From assembly GCF_001677475.2 (NCBI RefSeq), contig NZ_CP015229.1: a DNA stretch of 64,000 bases. One strand, given 5' to 3'. The position numbers and the translations under genes were made by a program. The notes below the pieces were generated by a model that saw only the letters and a program-made list of their open reading frames with translations, did not search any database and was not told where the DNA came from. This document shows, piece after piece, positions 57,860 through 64,000 of the stretch (position 1 is the stretch's first letter; every line of letters starts with the position of its first letter). The stretch is from Escherichia coli (GTDB taxonomy: Bacteria > Pseudomonadota > Gammaproteobacteria > Enterobacterales > Enterobacteriaceae).

Positions 57860-59713
57860 TTACATCTTCTCCAGCAACTTCTTCACATCTTTGCCATTGC
57901 GGGAATCTTTATTCCGCTCGGCCCAGTCATTCAGGCGACGTTTCGCTTCGTCCTGTAGATGTTTGCGCAGTAACTGATCCACTTGCAGACTGTAATTGAG
58001 TTGCTGCCAGTTGCCATAAACCCGCAGCGGTACTGGCGTTTCTTTGAGGAAATCAATCAGTTTGCTTTCCCCGTTCCAGCCACCCACGACCCGAATATCA
58101 AACTGGGTGTCGCAGGTTTGATCTGCCAGATTCAACATACCTTCCCCTGTAAGCGCCAGCACAGGCGATTGACCTTGCATGTCGTTTAACGTCACGACGC
58201 CATCCTTCAACGTCAAATCGGTGGTAAAGCGATCAAGCCGCGTCACGTTATCGAAGTTTTCAGCGGCCTTCACATCACCACCATTACGCTCTACCGCTTG
58301 CTGAATCATCTGCTGGAAGTTCATCCCTTCCATGCGCGTGTCAGTCATTTCGACATGTGCCTGTCCTTGCCAGTTGTGGCGGAATGCGTCGGCATCTATG
58401 TCAGCACCGGAGAAATCACCAGCCAGTGACATTTTTCCGGTCAACGAAATCGGATAGTTAAACGCCTTCAGAATGGTACCAATCTCAACGTTTTCCAGCC
58501 GTGGCTGAAAGTTTATCCGCGGATTTGCTGATGTCGCGTCCAGCGTGCCCGGCAGTGAAACCTGTCCACCGTTAAGTTTGCCCTGCAGTTGAGTAATTTC
58601 CAGCAAACCCGACTTGTTGGTCATTTGCGTGGCAACATCTGTAAAATTCATTCCGCGCCAGCGCACGTTACTGGCTTGCAACAAAATATCAGCCGTAAAG
58701 CCTTGCAGTCCCTGATAGGCCGGTTCATCAATACGCGAAGAAATGACCGGGCGCGGCAACGTTGATTGGCTCTGCCCTTGCTGCGCGGCACCGTTTTCAC
58801 CATTCGCTGTTTCATTAAGCGGGATGAGGTTGTCAAGATTCAGTTGCGGGAATTGCAGTCTCAGCTGCCATTCCGGTTTCTCTGTCAGCGTGACCTGTGC
58901 TTGCCCGCTCAGCGTACTTTCATTGGCGGTCAAGCTGATTTGGTTAAATGAAAGGCGTTTATGTGACTCCTGCCACTGGGCCTGGAAACTCCCCTGCCCC
59001 TGAATACCTTGTTTTGGTAAATCGGCACCCTGCAACTGCCAGTTAATTTGTTCAATAGCCGCCGTTAAATCATGCGGATAATCAGAAGCATCTACCGTAC
59101 CGTTAAGGGATATCGTGAGATCGCGCTGATCGCGATTAACCCGCCCGGAGAACTCAAATGAGCCACGATGTTGGGGATCTTGTTCCATTTGCAGGCGGAT
59201 ATTACGGATTGTCACCTGCTCGTCATCTTCATGCTGGAACACCAGAACGCTGTCCGCCACCTTAAGACTGGATATATCAAACGACCATCCGCGATCGTCT
59301 GACAGATCCGGCAAAGTATTGTCGCGCGGTGCAACAGGAGCGTCTTCACTGCGCACCGCTTCAGTCTGCGGCGTCAGTTGGATCACTGCCCCTTTTAGCA
59401 TCACCTGCTTAACGCTCAGTTGATGACTCAGTAGTGGTAAAAGCGCCACGTCCAGACGCATGTTGTCGGCGCGAACCAGTGGCTGGCTTGCGCCCTGGGC
59501 GGTGAGAGACATTCGCCCGGAGAGGATACTAAGCTGCGGCCAGACGTGCCAACGCAGTGGCCCGTCGAGCTGCAATTGATAACCGCTACGTGCAGCAACT
59601 TGCTTGACCATATAGTCGCGGAAATCATTCGGATTCACCAGCAACACTAACGCAGATAACCCGGCCACCAGCACGACCAGGAGTATCATCAGCGTCGTCA
59701 GAAATCGTCTCAT
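57860..59713 (-). CDS. asmA: Outer-membrane assembly protein AsmA
   Basis: 617 aa; N-terminal TM anchor; synteny with dcd/udk. Confidence 0.9.
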   Translation of the reverse strand: MRRFLTTLMILLVVLVAGLSALVLLVNPNDFRDYMVKQVAARSGYQLQLDGPLRWHVWPQLSILSGRMSLTAQGASQPLVRADNMRLDVALLPLLSHQLSVKQVMLKGAVIQLTPQTEAVRSEDAPVAPRDNTLPDLSDDRGWSFDISSLKVADSVLVFQHEDDEQVTIRNIRLQMEQDPQHRGSFEFSGRVNRDQRDLTISLNGTVDASDYPHDLTAAIEQINWQLQGADLPKQGIQGQGSFQAQWQESHKRLSFNQISLTANESTLSGQAQVTLTEKPEWQLRLQFPQLNLDNLIPLNETANGENGAAQQGQSQSTLPRPVISSRIDEPAYQGLQGFTADILLQASNVRWRGMNFTDVATQMTNKSGLLEITQLQGKLNGGQVSLPGTLDATSANPRINFQPRLENVEIGTILKAFNYPISLTGKMSLAGDFSGADIDADAFRHNWQGQAHVEMTDTRMEGMNFQQMIQQAVERNGGDVKAAENFDNVTRLDRFTTDLTLKDGVVTLNDMQGQSPVLALTGEGMLNLADQTCDTQFDIRVVGGWNGESKLIDFLKETPVPLRVYGNWQQLNYSLQVDQLLRKHLQDEAKRRLNDWAERNKDSRNGKDVKKLLEKM

Positions 59714-59734
59714 GGTATCCTCAATGGGCCTGAA

Positions 59735-60316
59735 TTAGTCTTTATCGATTCGGCTGGCTACCGCGCCCTGCTGGTTGCGATATTTCGCATCTTCACGGCG
59801 GTTGTAAGGTCGCGCCGCCGGGCCGGAAAGCGGCTCAAAGCTCAGCGCACCAATTAACATGCCCGGACGCAGCGCCAGCGGCAACTTACCGGAGTTGTAG
59901 AACTCCAGCACAATGCAGCCAGACCAGCCCGGATCGATACGGTGCGCGGTGACGTGCACCATAAGCCCCAGACGCGCCAATGAGGAACGCCCGTCCAGCC
60001 ATCCCACCAGATCGGCTGGCAGCGTCACTGACTCCAGCGTCACCGCCAGCGCCAGCTCTCCTGGGTGAAGATAAAACGCCTCGCTTTCATCGAGTACGAT
60101 CTCATCGCTCATCACGCGGTCAAGCGCGGCGCTCACTTCATCTTTGGGACCGCTCAGATCGATAAACGCTGCCGTGTGACCACGGAAGGTACGAAATTTA
60201 TTGCCCAGGCGCACATCCACCGTCGCGCCATTAATACGCTCCACTGGCGGACGTGGGTTGATCGACAAACGGCCTTCATCAAGCCAGGCTTCAATATCTC
60301 GGTCACACAGACGCAT
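59735..60316 (-). CDS. dcd: dCTP deaminase Dcd
   Basis: 193 aa [17 protein letters not shown]... Confidence 0.95.
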   Translation of the reverse strand: MRLCDRDIEAWLDEGRLSINPRPPVERINGATVDVRLGNKFRTFRGHTAAFIDLSGPKDEVSAALDRVMSDEIVLDESEAFYLHPGELALAVTLESVTLPADLVGWLDGRSSLARLGLMVHVTAHRIDPGWSGCIVLEFYNSGKLPLALRPGMLIGALSFEPLSGPAARPYNRREDAKYRNQQGAVASRIDKD

Positions 60317-60407
60317 GGCATTTTCTCCTTTCGCGCATCACTCCCTTAACGCCAATTACGTCAAGGGCATACCAGGTTATCACTGAACGGTACACAATTT
60401 ATCAAGC

Positions 60408-61049
60408 TTATTCAAAGAACTGACTTATTTTCGCTTTCAATATATCGATGGCGATGCGGTTTTTCCCGCCGCGCGGCACGATAATGTCCGCATATTGTTT
60501 AGAAGGCTCAATGAATTGCAGGAACATCGGGCGCACGGTTTTTTGATATTGCGCCATCACGGAATCCATTGAACGCCCACGCTCGTTAACGTCACGCTTG
60601 ATGCGCCGCATCAGACAGATATCCAGCGGGGTATCAACGAAAATTGAGAAGTTAAGTTCATCACGCAAACGCGCATCCGTCAGCAGCAAAATGCCTTCGA
60701 GAATGATGACTTTCTTCGGCTCAACCGTCACCGTTTCTTTCATACGCGTATGTTCAACATAGCTGTAAACCGGCAGGTCAATGGCCGAGCCGCGTTTCAA
60801 TGCTTGTAAATGCTCAAGCAGCAGGCTGTGATCCATCGCGCTGGGATGGTCGTAGTTGGTCTTAACGCGTTCTTCCATCGACAGATGGCTTTGATCTTTG
60901 TAATAGCAGTCTTCGGGAATTACGCCGATGTGTTCATCACCGACTTGCTCACGTAATTCACGATAAAGGGTACTGGCAATAAGACTCTTGCCGGAAGCCG
61001 ATGCGCCAGCGATACCGATAATGACGCACTGATGAGACTGATCAGTCAT
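60408..61049 (-). CDS. udk: Uridine/cytidine kinase Udk (start at [22 protein letters not shown])
   Basis: P-loop [11 protein letters not shown]; 213 aa from the chosen start. Confidence 0.95.
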
Positions 61050-61366
61050 ATATTTAGCGACCTGATTAACCTGGATGTTAGGAAGGGGGCGACGAAGCGC
61101 CAAACGCGGCAATTATAGGGATTTCATCCGCCTGATACCAGTCGAATAGCGTTGCCGCGCGCTCAGAGTAATTGTTGACGAATAATTCCCGGTGGCAAAT
61201 TACGTTGTTCAGTTTTAATGCAAGGTAAAAATTGTTATACGCAGTTGCGCAAATTATCCGCCTTTACGTCACTTTATGAGCAATTCGCATATAAAATGTA
61301 AAACTTTTGTACTAGCATAAACACAGAAACGAATACTGGCGACCTGGTCTTGCGGATAAAGCGGTA

Positions 61367-64000
61367 ATGAGCAAACAATCACAGCATGTATTAATTGCCC
61401 TACCCCACCCGCTGCTTCACCTGGTCAGTTTAGGTTTAGTCTCGTTTATCTTTACCCTTTTCTCGCTTGAGCTTTCGCAGTTTGGCACCCAACTCGCCCC
61501 ACTGTGGTTCCCGACGTCCATCATGATGGTGGCGTTTTATCGCCATGCCGGGCGCATGTGGCCGGGGATTGCGCTGAGCTGCTCGCTGGGAAATATCGCC
61601 GCATCCATCCTGCTTTTTTCCACCAGCTCGCTGAACATGACCTGGACGACCATCAATATTGTTGAAGCCGTGGTCGGGGCAGTGCTACTGCGTAAATTGC
61701 TGCCGTGGTATAACCCATTGCAAAATCTGGCTGACTGGCTGCGTCTGGCACTCGGCAGCGCCATTGTTCCGCCTCTGTTGGGGGGTGTTCTGGTTGTCCT
61801 GCTGACGCCCGGAGACGATCCTCTCAGGGCATTTTTGATATGGGTACTGTCAGAATCCATCGGCGCACTGGCACTGGTGCCGCTGGGATTGTTATTTAAA
61901 CCACACTATCTGCTGCGCCATCGCAACCCACGGTTGCTTTTTGAGTCGCTGCTCACGTTGGCCATCACACTGACGTTAAGCTGGCTTTCGATGCTGTATC
62001 TGCCGTGGCCTTTTACTTTCATTATTGTGCTGTTGATGTGGAGCGCCGTGCGCCTGCCACGAATGGAAGCCTTTTTGATCTTCCTTACCACGGTGATGAT
62101 GGTGTCACTGATGATGGCCGCTGATCCCTCCCTGCTTGCTACGCCGCGTACATACCTGATGAGCCATATGCCGTGGCTACCGTTTTTGCTGATCCTACTG
62201 CCCGCCAACATCATGACCATGGTGATGTATGCCTTTCGTGCGGAGCGCAAACACATTTCCGAAAGCGAAACCCGTTTTCGTAATGCCATGGAATATTCCG
62301 CCATCGGCATGGCATTAGTGGGCACCGAGGGACAATGGCTGCAATCCAACAAAGCACTCTGCCAGTTTCTCGGTTACAGTCAGGAAGAACTGCGCGGACT
62401 CACCTTTCAGCAACTGACCTGGCCGGAGGATCTCAATAAAGATCTGCAACAGGTTGAAAAGCTGATCAGCGGTGAAATAAACACCTATTCAATGGAAAAA
62501 CGCTACTACAACCGCAATGGCGATGTTGTCTGGGCGTTGCTTGCCGTCTCACTGGTGCGCCACACGGATGGCACGCCGCTCTATTTTATCGCTCAGATTG
62601 AAGACATTAACGAGCTAAAACGCACCGAACAGGTGAATCAGCAACTGATGGAGCGCATCACGCTGGCTAACGAAGCGGGCGGGATTGGCATCTGGGAGTG
62701 GGAGCTTAAGCCGAATATTTTTAGCTGGGATAAGCGGATGTTCGAGCTGTATGAAATTCCTCCGCATATCAAACCGAACTGGCAGGTGTGGTACGAGTGC
62801 GTGCTGCCGGAAGATCGCCAGCACGCCGAAAAAGTGATTCGCGATTCATTGCAATCGCGCTCTCCCTTTAAACTGGAATTTCGCATTACCGTGAAAGACG
62901 GCATTCGCCATATCCGCGCCCTCGCTAACCGGGTACTGAATAAAGAAGGCGAAGTCGAACGCCTGCTCGGCATTAATATGGATATGACCGAAGTGAAACA
63001 GCTTAACGAGGCATTGTTTCAGGAAAAAGAGCGCCTGCACATAACGCTGGATTCCATCGGTGAAGCCGTGGTCTGTATTGATATGGCGATGAAAATTACC
63101 TTTATGAATCCGGTGGCGGAGAAGATGAGCGGCTGGACGCAGGAAGAAGCGTTAGGTGTTCCGCTCCTGACGGTGTTGCATATTACTTTTGGCGACAACG
63201 GACCATTAATGGAGAACATTTACAGTGCCGACACCTCACGTTCCGCGATTGAACAAGATGTGGTGTTGCACTGCCGAAGCGGCGGCAGCTACGACGTGCA
63301 TTACAGTATTACGCCGTTAAGTACTCTGGACGGCAGCAATATAGGCTCGGTTCTGGTGATTCAGGACGTCACCGAATCACGCAAAATGCTGCGCCAGCTG
63401 AGCTACAGCGCCTCCCATGATGCACTGACGCATCTCGCCAATCGCGCCAGTTTTGAGAAGCAACTACGCATCCTGCTGCAAACGGTAAACAGTACACATC
63501 AGCGACATGCACTGGTGTTTATCGATCTTGATCGCTTTAAAGCGGTGAATGACAGCGCCGGGCACGCCGCTGGCGACGCTTTACTGCGCGAACTGGCGTC
63601 ATTGATGCTGAGTATGCTGCGCTCCAGCGACGTGCTGGCGCGACTCGGTGGCGATGAATTTGGTCTGCTGCTGCCAGATTGTAATGTCGAAAGTGCGCGT
63701 TTTATCGCTACACGCATTATCAGCGCCGTGAATGACTATCACTTTATCTGGGAAGGACGTGTACATCGGGTAGGTGCCAGTGCCGGGATTACCTTGATTG
63801 ATGACAACAATCATCAGGCGGCTGAAGTGATGTCGCAGGCTGATATCGCCTGTTATGCCTCCAAAAATGGTGGACGGGGCCGGGTGACGGTTTACGAACC
63901 GCAGCAAGCTGCCGCACATAGCGAACGGGCGGCGATATCGCTTGATGAACAGTGGCGGATGATTAAAGAGAATCAGTTGATGATGATCGCCCACGGTGTC
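61367..64000 (+). CDS. dgcE: Diguanylate cyclase DgcE (YegE), 5' portion only; ORF runs off the window end (MASE1, PAS and GGDEF domains present)
   Basis: Manual plus-strand translation from ATG 61367 (MSKQSQHVLIALPHP...) remains open to 64000; GGDEF motif (LARLGGDEFGLLL) near 63650; not in ORF track because no stop codon lies in the window. Confidence 0.85.
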   Translation, partial: MSKQSQHVLIALPHPLLHLVSLGLVSFIFTLFSLELSQFGTQLAPLWFPTSIMMVAFYRHAGRMWPGIALSCSLGNIAASILLFSTSSLNMTWTTINIVEAVVGAVLLRKLLPWYNPLQNLADWLRLALGSAIVPPLLGGVLVVLLTPGDDPLRAFLIWVLSESIGALALVPLGLLFKPHYLLRHRNPRLLFESLLTLAITLTLSWLSMLYLPWPFTFIIVLLMWSAVRLPRMEAFLIFLTTVMMVSLMMAADPSLLATPRTYLMSHMPWLPFLLILLPANIMTMVMYAFRAERKHISESETRFRNAMEYSAIGMALVGTEGQWLQSNKALCQFLGYSQEELRGLTFQQLTWPEDLNKDLQQVEKLISGEINTYSMEKRYYNRNGDVVWALLAVSLVRHTDGTPLYFIAQIEDINELKRTEQVNQQLMERITLANEAGGIGIWEWELKPNIFSWDKRMFELYEIPPHIKPNWQVWYECVLPEDRQHAEKVIRDSLQSRSPFKLEFRITVKDGIRHIRALANRVLNKEGEVERLLGINMDMTEVKQLNEALFQEKERLHITLDSIGEAVVCIDMAMKITFMNPVAEKMSGWTQEEALGVPLLTVLHITFGDNGPLMENIYSADTSRSAIEQDVVLHCRSGGSYDVHYSITPLSTLDGSNIGSVLVIQDVTESRKMLRQLSYSASHDALTHLANRASFEKQLRILLQTVNSTHQRHALVFIDLDRFKAVNDSAGHAAGDALLRELASLMLSMLRSSDVLARLGGDEFGLLLPDCNVESARFIATRIISAVNDYHFIWEGRVHRVGASAGITLIDDNNHQAAEVMSQADIACYASKNGGRGRVTVYEPQQAAAHSERAAISLDEQWRMIKENQLMMIAHGV

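Overview
This window reads as an Escherichia coli chromosomal segment covering the his operon, an O-antigen gene cluster and the colanic acid (cps/wca) cluster, ending inside dgcE. Gene order is plaP(yeeF)-yeeY-yeeZ-yoeB/yefM-hisLGDCBHAFI-wzzB-ugd-gnd-[O-antigen cluster]-galF-wcaM...wza-yegH-[small insert]-asmA-dcd-udk-dgcE. Core genes were identified by reading the ORF translations against remembered K-12 proteins; no search was run, so all identities are by recollection of conserved motifs and lengths. Two parts are accessory. (1) About 15.8-30.5 kb is an AT-rich, non-K-12 O-antigen cluster on the minus strand: rmlBDAC, wzx, wzy, three or four glycosyltransferases and a second GDP-L-fucose module (gmd-fcl-gmm-manC plus a divergent phosphohexomutase). 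This predicts a rhamnose- and fucose-containing O unit; the serogroup cannot be assigned by eye. (2) About 57.16-57.81 kb, between yegH and asmA, is a small HigB/HigA-like toxin-antitoxin module that I do not recall in K-12. Its toxin reading frame is broken by a 23-bp tandem duplication, so the antitoxin appears intact beside a toxin pseudogene. Other observations: a (GCTG)6 microsatellite inside hisC that appears to add four residues in frame, JUMPstart/ops elements upstream of both polysaccharide operons, and REP/BIME clusters in the cps region. I found no CRISPR array, IS element, integrase or recognisable multi-gene defence system; the two accessory regions above are the best candidates for anything new, and neither is clearly undescribed.
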